The notes beneath the pieces were generated by a model. The model saw nothing but the letters and a program-made list of their open reading frames with translations. It was not told the DNA's origin and made no database searches. Shown here in pieces: positions 9,074 to 18,801 of a DNA stretch of 32,000 nt. This DNA comes from Bacillus subtilis subsp. subtilis str. 168 (GTDB lineage: Bacteria; Bacillota; Bacilli; Bacillales; Bacillaceae). Position numbers and translations under genes: made by a program. Each line of letters begins with the position of its first letter. The first letter of the stretch is position 1. The stretch spans positions 1,290,001 through 1,322,000 of the forward strand of contig NC_000964.3 of assembly GCF_000009045.1 (NCBI RefSeq), in the 5' to 3' direction.

Positions 9074-10252
9074 ATGTCAAAACATATTGTCATTCTAGGC
9101 GCTGGTTATGGCGGAGTTCTTTCTGCTCTAACAGTTCGCAAACATTACACAAAAGAACAAGCACGCGTGACAGTGGTAAACAAATACCCAACTCACCAAA
9201 TCATTACGGAATTACACCGCCTTGCTGCAGGCAACGTGTCTGAAAAAGCGGTTGCAATGCCATTAGAAAAACTTTTCAAAGGCAAAGACATTGATCTTAA
9301 AATTGCGGAAGTAAGCTCTTTCTCTGTTGATAAAAAAGAAGTTGCGCTTGCTGACGGTTCTACATTAACTTACGATGCGCTTGTTGTAGGTCTTGGTTCT
9401 GTAACGGCTTACTTCGGCATCCCAGGTCTTGAAGAAAACAGCATGGTATTGAAATCTGCTGCCGATGCGAACAAAGTCTTCCAACATGTTGAAGATCGTG
9501 TGCGCGAGTACTCTAAAACGAAAAACGAAGCAGATGCAACAATCCTTATCGGCGGAGGCGGCTTAACAGGTGTTGAGCTTGTTGGTGAGCTTGCTGACAT
9601 CATGCCGAACCTTGCGAAAAAATACGGCGTAGACCATAAAGAAATCAAATTGAAACTTGTTGAAGCAGGTCCGAAGATCCTTCCTGTTCTTCCGGATGAT
9701 CTTATCGAGCGTGCGACTGCAAGCCTTGAAAAACGCGGCGTTGAGTTCTTAACAGGTCTTCCTGTTACAAATGTAGAAGGAAACGTAATCGATCTGAAAG
9801 ACGGATCTAAAGTTGTTGCCAACACATTTGTTTGGACTGGCGGCGTACAAGGTAACCCATTAGTCGGTGAATCAGGCCTAGAAGTGAACCGCGGACGCGC
9901 GACTGTAAATGACTTCCTGCAATCTACATCTCATGAAGATGTATTCGTTGCTGGAGACAGCGCAGTTTACTTCGGTCCAGACGGCCGTCCATACCCGCCA
10001 ACTGCACAAATCGCATGGCAAATGGGTGAGCTGATCGGTTACAACCTATTCGCTTACCTAGAAGGCAAAACGCTTGAAACATTCAAGCCAGTAAACTCTG
10101 GTACACTTGCAAGCCTTGGACGCAAAGACGCGGTTGCCATCATTGGTGCTAATTCTACACCGCTTAAAGGTCTTCCTGCTTCCTTGATGAAAGAAGCAAG
10201 TAATGTACGATATTTGACACATATTAAAGGACTTTTCAGCCTGGCTTACTAA
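9074..10252 (+). CDS. ndh: Type II NADH:quinone dehydrogenase
   Basis: 392 aa; two dinucleotide-binding motifs, IVILGAGYGGVLSAL and TILIGGGGLTGVELVGEL; FVAGDSA motif. Confidence 0.95.
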   Translation: MSKHIVILGAGYGGVLSALTVRKHYTKEQARVTVVNKYPTHQIITELHRLAAGNVSEKAVAMPLEKLFKGKDIDLKIAEVSSFSVDKKEVALADGSTLTYDALVVGLGSVTAYFGIPGLEENSMVLKSAADANKVFQHVEDRVREYSKTKNEADATILIGGGGLTGVELVGELADIMPNLAKKYGVDHKEIKLKLVEAGPKILPVLPDDLIERATASLEKRGVEFLTGLPVTNVEGNVIDLKDGSKVVANTFVWTGGVQGNPLVGESGLEVNRGRATVNDFLQSTSHEDVFVAGDSAVYFGPDGRPYPPTAQIAWQMGELIGYNLFAYLEGKTLETFKPVNSGTLASLGRKDAVAIIGANSTPLKGLPASLMKEASNVRYLTHIKGLFSLAY

Positions 10253-10268
10253 TCCTTTTAATGAATCT

Positions 10269-10320
10269 GGCATTGCCAAAAGCATTCCTTTCCGAGTGCT
10301 TTCTGGCAATGTCTTTTTTT
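10269..10320 (+). terminator. Intrinsic terminator after ndh
   Basis: GGCATTGCCAAAAGCATTC / GAGTGCTTTCTGGCAATGTC followed by T7. Confidence 0.85.
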
Positions 10321-10327
10321 ATGTTTA

Positions 10328-10341
10328 TGACAGCGTTAACA
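10328..10341 (+). promoter_or_regulatory. cre (CcpA-binding) site upstream of uxaC
   Basis: TGACAGCGTTAACA fully matches the consensus TGWNANCGNTNWCA. Confidence 0.65.
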
Positions 10342-10361
10342 TTTCATTTTCAAAAAAGAGA

Positions 10362-10390
10362 TTGATCCCAAAGGAATATAAAGGTAAAAT
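10362..10390 (+). promoter_or_regulatory. SigA-type promoter of the hexuronate operon
   Basis: TTGATC-N17-TAAAAT upstream of uxaC. Confidence 0.65.
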
Positions 10391-10399
10391 AAAAACAAA

Positions 10400-10425
10400 T
10401 CAAAATGTTAACGTTAACATTTTGA
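10400..10425. promoter_or_regulatory. 26-bp perfect palindrome; probable ExuR operator overlapping a cre match
   Basis: TCAAAATGTTAAC|GTTAACATTTTGA; LacI-family-like central CG; 10406..10419 also fits the cre consensus. Confidence 0.8.
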
Positions 10426-10449
10426 AATAGAATGAAAGACGGTGAGGAC

Positions 10450-11871
10450 ATGGAACCCTTCATGGGCAAAAACTTTTTATTGAAAAATGAAACCGCTGTC
10501 AGCCTCTATCACAATTATGCGAAAGACATGCCAATTATTGATTACCACTGCCACTTAAGTCCGAAAGAAATCTATGAAAATAAGACATTTCAAAACATCA
10601 CGGAAGCCTGGCTGTATGGTGACCATTATAAATGGCGCATCATGAGAGCCAATGGAATTGAGGAGACATACATTACCGGAGATGCGCCTGATGAGGAGAA
10701 ATTTATGGCTTGGGCGAAAACCGTGCCGATGGCGATTGGCAACCCGCTCTACAACTGGACTCACTTAGAATTGCAGCGTTTTTTTGGCATTTACGAGATT
10801 TTAAACGAGAAGTCCGGGTCGGCTATATGGAAACAGACAAATAAACTGCTCAAAGGGGAAGGCTTCGGGGCAAGGGATTTAATCGTGAAATCAAATGTAA
10901 AGGTCGTGTGCACCACAGATGACCCTGTTGATTCTCTTGAATACCATTTATTGTTAAAAGAAGACAAAGACTTTCCTGTCAGTGTGCTGCCTGGATTTCG
11001 GCCGGATAAAGGACTTGAGATCAATCGTGAAGGCTTTCCTGAGTGGGTGCAGGCGCTTGAAGATGCCGCTGCCATATCGATTACAACCTATGATGAGTTT
11101 TTAAAGGCGTTGGAAAAACGAGTGCGATTCTTCCACTCAGCCGGCGGCAGAGTTTCTGATCACGCGATAGATACAATGGTATTTGCCGAAACAACAAAAG
11201 AAGAAGCTGGACGGATTTTTTCTGACAGATTACAAGGAACAGAGGTTTCTTGTGAAGATGAGAAGAAATTTAAGACATATACGCTTCAGTTTCTTTGCGG
11301 TTTGTATGCGGAGCTCGATTGGGCGATGCAGTTTCATATCAACGCTTTAAGAAACACGAATACAAAAATGATGAAAAGGCTCGGACCTGATACAGGGTAT
11401 GATTCAATGAACGATGAAGAAATTGCTAAGCCTTTATACAAGCTGCTGAACTCAGTTGAGATGAAGAACCAGCTGCCGAAAACGATTTTATATTCACTGA
11501 ATCCAAATGATAACTATGTCATCGCCAGCATGATCAACAGTTTTCAGGACGGTATTACCCCGGGAAAAATACAATTCGGCACAGCCTGGTGGTTTAACGA
11601 TACTAAAGACGGAATGCTCGACCAAATGAAAGCGTTATCAAATGTTGGCCTTTTCAGCCGTTTTATCGGCATGCTCACCGATTCCAGAAGCTTTCTTTCG
11701 TATACGCGCCACGAATATTTCAGGCGGATCGTCTGCAATTTGATTGGAGAATGGGTGGAAAACGGCGAAGTGCCGCGCGATATGGAGCTTCTGGGAAGCA
11801 TCGTTCAGGGGATTTGCTATGACAATGCGAAACACTACTTTCAATTTCAAGAAGAGAAAGCAAACGTGTAA
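10450..11871 (+). CDS. uxaC: Uronate isomerase (glucuronate isomerase)
   Basis: 473 aa; PIIDYHCHLSPKEIYENKTFQNITEAWLYGDHYKWR; start at internal ATG 10450 after GGTGAGG. Confidence 0.97.
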   Translation: MEPFMGKNFLLKNETAVSLYHNYAKDMPIIDYHCHLSPKEIYENKTFQNITEAWLYGDHYKWRIMRANGIEETYITGDAPDEEKFMAWAKTVPMAIGNPLYNWTHLELQRFFGIYEILNEKSGSAIWKQTNKLLKGEGFGARDLIVKSNVKVVCTTDDPVDSLEYHLLLKEDKDFPVSVLPGFRPDKGLEINREGFPEWVQALEDAAAISITTYDEFLKALEKRVRFFHSAGGRVSDHAIDTMVFAETTKEEAGRIFSDRLQGTEVSCEDEKKFKTYTLQFLCGLYAELDWAMQFHINALRNTNTKMMKRLGPDTGYDSMNDEEIAKPLYKLLNSVEMKNQLPKTILYSLNPNDNYVIASMINSFQDGITPGKIQFGTAWWFNDTKDGMLDQMKALSNVGLFSRFIGMLTDSRSFLSYTRHEYFRRIVCNLIGEWVENGEVPRDMELLGSIVQGICYDNAKHYFQFQEEKANV

Positions 11872-11879
11872 CAAAGTGT

Positions 11880-11900
11880 CCGCTCAGTATCGCTGAGCGG
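11880..11900 (+). other. Intercistronic stem-loop without a T-tract between uxaC and yjmB
   Basis: CCGCTCAG-TATCG-CTGAGCGG, 8-bp perfect stem. Confidence 0.7.
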
Positions 11901-11938
11901 ATCACTATCCGAAAATTCTTAAGACACAGAGGTGGAAC

Positions 11939-13318
11939 ATGCGAACTGAACTGGCAAATAAGGTTGTGTCGGTCGAAACGGAAAAAAGGCTTTCATTGAA
12001 AGAGAAAATGTCCTATGGCTTTGGTGATTTTGGCAACGGTTTTATGTTTGATCTCGGCCAGATTTATTTATTGAAGTATTTCACTGATGTAGCGGGAATC
12101 CCCGCTGCGATGGCCGGCGGCATTTTTTTAGTCAGTAAGCTGTTTGCAGCGATAACAGATCCAATTGTCGGCTCATCAATCGATTATCGCAAAAACATCG
12201 GCAAACGGGGGAAATTCAGGCCTTATCTATTAATCGGCAGCATCGTGCTTGCGGTGCTTACTGTTCTTATTTTTCTGTCTCCCAATGTATCAACGACCGG
12301 AAAACTGATATATGCATATGCATCCTATATGATTTGGGGCATCGGCTATTCGTTTGTGAATATTCCGTACGGCTCATTAGGGGCAGCGATGACTCAAAAT
12401 TCTGAGGACCGGACCTCCATTTCGACGTTCCGCCAAATCGGATCACTTGGCGCCTTGTTTATCACAAGTGTGGCCGTGATGCCGCTGCTCGTCAAGTTTG
12501 ATAATCCGAAGGTCGGCTACCCGGTGGTCATGGGCTTGTTCGCCGCGCTCGGTGTGTTTTGGTTTTATATTTGCTACCGCAACTGCAAAGAGCGCATTAT
12601 CATATCGGAAGCACCCAAAGAAAAATTAACACTCTCATCTGTCGTCAAAACATTTATTACAAATAAACCGCTGTTAACCCTTGTCCTGATGACGATTTTT
12701 TCAATTTCCGCATACAACATTAAATCCGCCATGCTCGTCTATTTCGCACAATATAACTTGGGCAATGTTGAATTAATGGCTTATATGAACTTCATCATTA
12801 TTGGTTCTTCCTTTTTGGGCGTCGTATTCCTTCCAAAGCTCGTCAAGATGTTTGGAAAGAAACGAACGGCAATGATCGGCTTTGGCATCAGTGTGGCCGC
12901 GGATCTGATCAACTTTATGCTTCCATCTAACGTTTATGTGTTTACAATTCTCGCCAGTATCGCCTTTATCGGAATCAGTATCCCAAATGGCATCACGTGG
13001 GCTCTTGTCTCCGATATTATCGACTATGGCGAATGGAAATCCGGTGAACGGAAGGAAGCAACGACATATTCACTTTTCAATTTCTCAAGAAAGCTTGCTC
13101 AATCTTTGTCTGGCTTTCTCTCGGGGATCGGTTTGGGGATTATCGGCTATGTGCCGAATGCAGTCCAGACAGCACAGGCGCTGATTGGCATCAAAGCGCT
13201 GCTTCTTCTGTATCCGGCCATTGCTTTGGCATTAGCGATGTTCATTATCGGCTTTCTTTATAAACTCACAGACCAGCAGCATGCTCAGATCGTTCAGGAT
13301 CTTCATCAAAAGAGCTGA
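11939..13318 (+). CDS. yjmB: GPH-family sugar/hexuronide cation symporter
   Basis: 459-aa, 12-TM-like protein; GDFGNGFMFDL and DPIVGSSIDYRKNIGKRGKFRPYLLIGS are typical of the GPH/MelB family. Confidence 0.9.
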   Translation: MRTELANKVVSVETEKRLSLKEKMSYGFGDFGNGFMFDLGQIYLLKYFTDVAGIPAAMAGGIFLVSKLFAAITDPIVGSSIDYRKNIGKRGKFRPYLLIGSIVLAVLTVLIFLSPNVSTTGKLIYAYASYMIWGIGYSFVNIPYGSLGAAMTQNSEDRTSISTFRQIGSLGALFITSVAVMPLLVKFDNPKVGYPVVMGLFAALGVFWFYICYRNCKERIIISEAPKEKLTLSSVVKTFITNKPLLTLVLMTIFSISAYNIKSAMLVYFAQYNLGNVELMAYMNFIIIGSSFLGVVFLPKLVKMFGKKRTAMIGFGISVAADLINFMLPSNVYVFTILASIAFIGISIPNGITWALVSDIIDYGEWKSGERKEATTYSLFNFSRKLAQSLSGFLSGIGLGIIGYVPNAVQTAQALIGIKALLLLYPAIALALAMFIIGFLYKLTDQQHAQIVQDLHQKS

Positions 13319-13422
13319 CAATATAATATAAAGAATATTTAAAATAATTTGTAAATAAAATGTGTTTGTAGGGGTTTCGCTTGGAGAGTGCCCAAAAAAC
13401 TGAAAAGGAAGGAGGCACTTGC

Positions 13423-14436
13423 TTGAAAACGATAACAATTGCAGCTGAAGAAGCAAAGGAACTCGTTTGGCAAAAGCTGGACGGTGCCGGTTTGAATGAA
13501 CGAGATGCTGAAAAAGTGGCAGATGTTCTCGTGCACGCTGATTTGCGCAATGTACATTCGCATGGCGTGCTGCACACAGAACACTATGTGAACAGGCTTT
13601 TAGCGGGAGGGATCAATCCTGGGGCACAGCCTGTTTTTAAAGAGACGGGGCCTGTGACCGGGGTGCTTGACGGAGACGATGGTTTCGGTCATGTGAATTG
13701 CGACATGGCGATGGACCATGCAATTGACATGGCGAAGAAAAAAGGAGTCGGCATGGTCACGGCCGTAAACAGCAGCCATTGCGGAGCGCTAAGCTATTTT
13801 GTGCAAAAAGCGGCTGACGAAAAGCTGATCGGAATGGCAATGACGCATACAGACAGTATCGTTGTCCCATTTGGGGGGAGGACTCCTATTTTAGGGACAA
13901 ATCCGATTGCTTACGGAGTTCCGGCTAAGCATAAAAAACCGTTTATCCTAGATATGGCGACATCCAAAGTGGCTTTTGGGAAGATTCTGCAGGCCCGTGA
14001 AGAGGGCAAAGAAATTCCTGAAGGATGGGGAGTCGATGAAAACGGAGAAGCAGTAACTGATCCTGACAAGGTCGTCTCACTTTCAACATTCGGGGGCCCG
14101 AAAGGCTATGGACTATCGATTGTAGTGGATGTGTTTTCCGGATTGCTGGCGGGCGCGGCTTTTGGCCCTCATATTGCCAAAATGTACAACGGCCTTGATC
14201 AAAAAAGAAAGCTGGGGCATTACGTTTGCGCGATCAATCCATCCTTTTTTACTGACTGGGATACGTTTTTAGAGCAGATGGATGCCATGATTGATGAACT
14301 GCAGCAATCACCGCCGGCTGTTGGATTCGAAAGAGTGTATGTGCCCGGCGAGATCGAGCAGCTGCATGAAGAAAGAAATAAGAAAAACGGAATTTCTATC
14401 GCCCGGAGCGTGTATGAATTCTTAAAAAGCAGGTGA
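13423..14436 (+). CDS. yjmC: Malate/L-lactate/ureidoglycolate dehydrogenase-family oxidoreductase
   Basis: 337 aa from the TTG at 13423 (RBS aaggaggcac); [39 protein letters not shown] family motifs. Confidence 0.9.
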
Positions 14437-14441
14437 GTAAA

Positions 14442-15461
14442 ATGAAAGCGGTTCAAGTGCGAAAAGCGTATGATCTGGTGACAGCGGAGGTGAAGAAGCC
14501 AGTTCTTTCAAAGGATGATGAAGTGCTCGTGAAAGTCAAGCGAGTCGGCATTTGCGGTTCAGACATGCACATTTATCATGGAACGAATCCGCTCGCTACC
14601 CTCCCGAGAGTCATCGGACACGAGGTAACGGGACAAGTGGAGGCAGTTGGTGCGAATGTACAGAGCCTAAAACCCGGTGATCATGTGGTGATTGAGCCGA
14701 TTTCTTATTGCGGATCGTGCTATGCCTGCCGCAAAGGGCGGCCGAATGTTTGCGCCAAGCTTTCTGTATTTGGCGTACATGAGGACGGAGGCATGCGGGA
14801 ATATATTGTGCTTCCGGAAAGACAGCTTCACGCGGTCTCAAAGGACTTGCCTTGGGAGGAAGCAGTCATGGCCGAGCCTTATACGATAGGCGCCCAGGCA
14901 GTGTGGAGAGGCCAGGTGGAAAAAGGTGATACCGTCCTGATCCAGGGAGCGGGGCCCATCGGGATCTGTGTGTTAAAAATGGCAAAACTGGCGGGCGCTG
15001 CTGTCATGATGACTGACTTGAACAACGAGCGGCTGGCATTTGCGAAAGAAAACGGCGCCGATGCTGTTGTAAATGTCCAAGCAGAACATGTTGCCGAGCG
15101 GGTCCTTGAATGGACTGGGAATGAAGGAGCAAACGTGGTCATTGATGCTGTTTGCCTGCCGGAGACTTTTGCACTTTCAATTGAGGCTGTGTCACCGGCG
15201 GGACATGTGGTTGTGCTTGGATTTGATGAAAGAGCGGCTCAGATTTCTCAGCTGCCAATTACAAAAAAAGAAGTCACGATAACCGGATCCCGATTGCAGA
15301 CCAATCAGTTTCCAAAAGTGGTAGAGCTTTTGAATGGAGGCCGGTTAATGCATAACGGGCTGGTGACCCATACATTTTCAGTTGATGACGTTCATCATGC
15401 ATTTCAGTTTATTAAGGAGCATCCAGATCAGGTGCGGAAAGCCGTCATCACGTTTGATTAA
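14442..15461 (+). CDS. yjmD: Zinc-dependent medium-chain alcohol dehydrogenase family oxidoreductase
   Basis: 339 aa; [12 protein letters not shown], structural-zinc Cys cluster [15 protein letters not shown], Rossmann motif GAGPIG. Confidence 0.92.
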
Positions 15462-15485
15462 ATGACTGAATCCGGAGGTGCGAGC

Positions 15486-16565
15486 ATGAATATGACATTC
15501 CGATGGTATGGACGAGGCAACGATACAGTCACACTTGAATACGTGAAGCAAATTCCCGGTGTCAAAGGCATCGTTTGGGCTCTCCATCAAAAGCCCGTCG
15601 GCGACGTGTGGGAAAAAGAAGAAATCAGAGCCGAAACTGAATATATTCAATCCTATGGTTTTCATGCTGAAGTTGTAGAAAGCGTGAATGTTCACGAAGC
15701 GATTAAACTTGGGAACGAAGAACGCGGCCGGTATATTGAAAACTACAAGCAAACGATCCGCAACCTTGCCGGATTTGGCGTGAAAGTGATCTGCTATAAT
15801 TTTATGCCGGTTTTTGATTGGACACGCACGGACATGTTCCGGCCGCTAGAAGATGGATCGACCGCTCTGTTTTTTGAAAAGGCCAAGGTGGAAAGCCTTG
15901 ATCCTCAAGAGCTGATTCGGACGGTGGAGGAAGCATCCGACATGACACTGCCGGGGTGGGAGCCCGAAAAATTGGCTCGGATCAAAGAGCTTTTTGCTGC
16001 CTACAGAACGGTCGATGAAGAAAAGCTATGGGACAATTTATCATTCTTTTTGCAGGAAATTCTTCCTGTTGCTGAGGCCTATGGTGTTCAAATGGCCATT
16101 CATCCGGATGACCCGCCGTGGCCGATTTTCGGACTGCCGCGCATTATCACAGGAGAGGCAAGCTATAAGAAACTGCGGGCGATATCAGATTCACCGTCTA
16201 ATTGTATCACCCTTTGTACAGGTTCAATGGGAGCCAATCCCGCTAACGACATGGTGGAGATCGCTAAAACGTATGCCGGCATCGCTCCATTTTCACATAT
16301 TCGCAATGTGAAAATTTATGAGAATGGCGATTTTATTGAAACATCTCATTTAACAAAGGATGGTTCGATCAACATTCAAGGCGTGATGGAAGAACTGCAT
16401 AAGCAGGATTACGAAGGATATGTCAGACCGGATCATGGGCGCCATCTTTGGGGCGAGCAATGCCGCCCGGGATATGGCTTATACGATCGGGCACTTGGCA
16501 TCATGTATTTGAACGGGCTGTGGGACGCTTATGAAGCAATGGCAAAAAAAGAGGTGGGCATATGA
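15486..16565 (+). CDS. uxuA: Mannonate dehydratase
   Basis: 359 aa; MTFRWYGRGNDTVTLEYVKQIPGVKGIV, MAIHPDDPPWPIFGLPRI; ATG at 15486 after a GGAGG RBS. Confidence 0.96.
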   Translation: MNMTFRWYGRGNDTVTLEYVKQIPGVKGIVWALHQKPVGDVWEKEEIRAETEYIQSYGFHAEVVESVNVHEAIKLGNEERGRYIENYKQTIRNLAGFGVKVICYNFMPVFDWTRTDMFRPLEDGSTALFFEKAKVESLDPQELIRTVEEASDMTLPGWEPEKLARIKELFAAYRTVDEEKLWDNLSFFLQEILPVAEAYGVQMAIHPDDPPWPIFGLPRIITGEASYKKLRAISDSPSNCITLCTGSMGANPANDMVEIAKTYAGIAPFSHIRNVKIYENGDFIETSHLTKDGSINIQGVMEELHKQDYEGYVRPDHGRHLWGEQCRPGYGLYDRALGIMYLNGLWDAYEAMAKKEVGI

Positions 16566-17398
16566 TCCCGCTGCATGAGAACCTGGCTGGTAAAACGGCT
16601 GTCATCACTGGCGGCAGCGGCGTGCTTTGCTCTGCGATGGCCCGGGAGCTAGCCCGTCATGGCATGAAGGTGGCGATTTTGAATCGGACGGCTGAAAAAG
16701 GCCAAGCGGTCGTGAAGGAGATAACGGCGGCTGGCGGCACAGCGTGCGCTGTTGCTGCGGATGTGCTGGACAGGATGTCACTGGAGCGGGCAAAGGAAGA
16801 CATCCTTGGCCAATTTGGCGCTGTTGATCTGTTAATTAACGGGGCTGGCGGCAATCATCCTGACGCGATAACCGATGTGGAGACATATGAAGAAGCGGGA
16901 GAAGGCCAATCCTTTTTTGATATGGATGAGAGGGGCTTTCTAACTGTATTCTCCACCAACTTCACCGGTGCGTTTCTGGCCTCGCAAGTGTTTGGTAAAG
17001 AACTGCTGAAGGCGGATTCACCCGCGATCATCAACCTTTCTTCCATGAGTGCTTATTCACCTATGACGAAGGTTCCGGCATACAGTGCTGCGAAAGCATC
17101 CATCAATAATTTTACGATGTGGATGGCTGTTCATTTTGCCGAAACCGGGCTGCGGGTCAATGCGATTGCCCCAGGCTTCTTTCTGACAAAACAAAATCAT
17201 GATCTGCTGATCAACCAAGACGGAACGTTCACCAGCCGATCTCACAAAATTATTGCGGGAACACCGATGAAGCGCTTCGGAAAACCGGAGGATTTGCTCG
17301 GTACGCTCCTTTGGCTGGCGGATGAATCCTATTCCGGTTTTGTCACTGGGATCACCGTTCCTGTCGATGGAGGATTTATGGCTTATTCAGGTGTGTAA
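16562..17398 (+). CDS. yjmF: D-mannonate oxidoreductase, SDR family (UxuB function)
   Basis: 278-aa SDR; GGSGVLCSAMARELA, NGAGG, SAYSPMTKVPAYSAAKAS; overlaps the uxuA stop. Confidence 0.92.
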   Translation: MIPLHENLAGKTAVITGGSGVLCSAMARELARHGMKVAILNRTAEKGQAVVKEITAAGGTACAVAADVLDRMSLERAKEDILGQFGAVDLLINGAGGNHPDAITDVETYEEAGEGQSFFDMDERGFLTVFSTNFTGAFLASQVFGKELLKADSPAIINLSSMSAYSPMTKVPAYSAAKASINNFTMWMAVHFAETGLRVNAIAPGFFLTKQNHDLLINQDGTFTSRSHKIIAGTPMKRFGKPEDLLGTLLWLADESYSGFVTGITVPVDGGFMAYSGV

Positions 17399-17445
17399 CG
17401 AAAGCGGTGCAACAGAAACTGAACCAACATAGGGGTGAGGTTGAG

Positions 17446-18714
17446 ATGTTTTCAAAAGATAAGCTTCCCGTTATCCTTTTTTTGTTCCTGGCAGGGGTGA
17501 TTAATTACCTGGATCGCTCGGCGCTTTCCATTGCAGCTCCTTTTATTCAGGATGATCTCACATTGTCTGCCACACAAATGGGCTTGATTTTCAGCAGTTT
17601 TTCGATAGGTTATGCCATTTTTAATTTTCTTGGGGGCGTGGCATCCGACCGCTATGGGGCAAAGCTGACCTTGTTTGTCGCGATGGTTGTTTGGTCGCTG
17701 TTTAGCGGAGCAGTCGCCCTCGCTTTTGGCTTTGTCAGCCTGCTGATTATACGCATTCTCTTCGGAATGGGAGAAGGCCCGCTTTCGGCGACCATCAACA
17801 AGATGGTGAACAACTGGTTCCCGCCGACCCAGCGGGCGTCCGTTATCGGTGTAACCAACAGCGGCACGCCCCTCGGGGGAGCCATTTCCGGCCCGATAGT
17901 CGGCATGATCGCAGTGGCGTTCAGCTGGAAGGTATCCTTCGTTCTCATTATGATTATTGGATTGATATGGGCAGTGCTCTGGTTCAAGTTTGTCAAAGAA
18001 AAGCCGCAAGAGACGATCAAGGAAGCACCGGCAATAAAAGCAGAAACGTCTCCCGGAGAAAAAATTCCGCTCACCTTTTACCTGAAGCAAAAAACAGTCC
18101 TGTTCACGGCGTTCGCTTTTTTCGCTTACAACTACATCCTCTTCTTCTTTTTGACATGGTTTCCGAGCTATCTTGTCGACGAGCGGGGATTAAGTGTTGA
18201 ATCGATGAGTGTCATCACGGTCATACCGTGGATTTTAGGATTTATCGGGCTGGCTGCGGGGGGATTTGTTTCTGACTATGTGTACAAAAAAACGGCCCGA
18301 AAAGGTGTGCTGTTCTCGCGCAAGGTTGTGCTTGTCACGTGTTTGTTTTCATCAGCTGTCCTGATTGGTTTTGCCGGGCTTGTGGCAACGACTGCGGGGG
18401 CTGTCACTCTTGTCGCTCTGTCAGTGTTCTTTCTTTATTTGACCGGTGCTATCTATTGGGCTGTCATTCAAGATGTGGTTGATCAAAACAATGTCGGTTC
18501 TGTTGGCGGCTTCATGCATTTCCTCGCCAACACGGCAGGAATTATCGGCCCGGCTTTAACCGGATTTATTGTTGACCAAACAGGCACGTTTTCTGGAGCA
18601 TTTTTGCTTGCCGGTGGGCTGGCTGTCTTCGCTTCACTTGCTGTGATTCGTTTTGTCCGTCCAATCATTGGTAAGCCAGCGGGAACAGAAGCTGAGAATC
18701 CTGTGTCTTATTAA
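17446..18714 (+). CDS. exuT: Hexuronate transporter (MFS)
   Basis: 422 aa; NYLDRSALSIAAPFI, GGVASDRYGAKLTL; ATG at 17446 after ggggtgaggttgag. Confidence 0.93.
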   Translation: MFSKDKLPVILFLFLAGVINYLDRSALSIAAPFIQDDLTLSATQMGLIFSSFSIGYAIFNFLGGVASDRYGAKLTLFVAMVVWSLFSGAVALAFGFVSLLIIRILFGMGEGPLSATINKMVNNWFPPTQRASVIGVTNSGTPLGGAISGPIVGMIAVAFSWKVSFVLIMIIGLIWAVLWFKFVKEKPQETIKEAPAIKAETSPGEKIPLTFYLKQKTVLFTAFAFFAYNYILFFFLTWFPSYLVDERGLSVESMSVITVIPWILGFIGLAAGGFVSDYVYKKTARKGVLFSRKVVLVTCLFSSAVLIGFAGLVATTAGAVTLVALSVFFLYLTGAIYWAVIQDVVDQNNVGSVGGFMHFLANTAGIIGPALTGFIVDQTGTFSGAFLLAGGLAVFASLAVIRFVRPIIGKPAGTEAENPVSY

Positions 18715-18801
18715 TCTGGAAATATAGTGGGAGAGGCGGTATGTTTGATGATACAATATACAGTAAATAATCGCAGCCGGTATGATAAGGAAGGGAATTA
18801 G

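Noticed and set aside
9409-9825. 138-aa minus-strand ORF antisense to ndh
   Set aside because: Opposite a strongly conserved coding sequence; repetitive Ser/Pro/Arg translation and no plausible RBS-driven context.
15378-15752. 124-aa minus-strand ORF across the yjmD-uxuA junction
   Set aside because: Overlaps two conserved genes on the opposite strand with no supporting signals.
17452-18090. 212-aa minus-strand ORF antisense to exuT (also 140-aa 17652..18074)
   Set aside because: Low-complexity Cys/His/Arg-rich translation with no family features, lying entirely opposite a clear MFS transporter gene; a shadow ORF.
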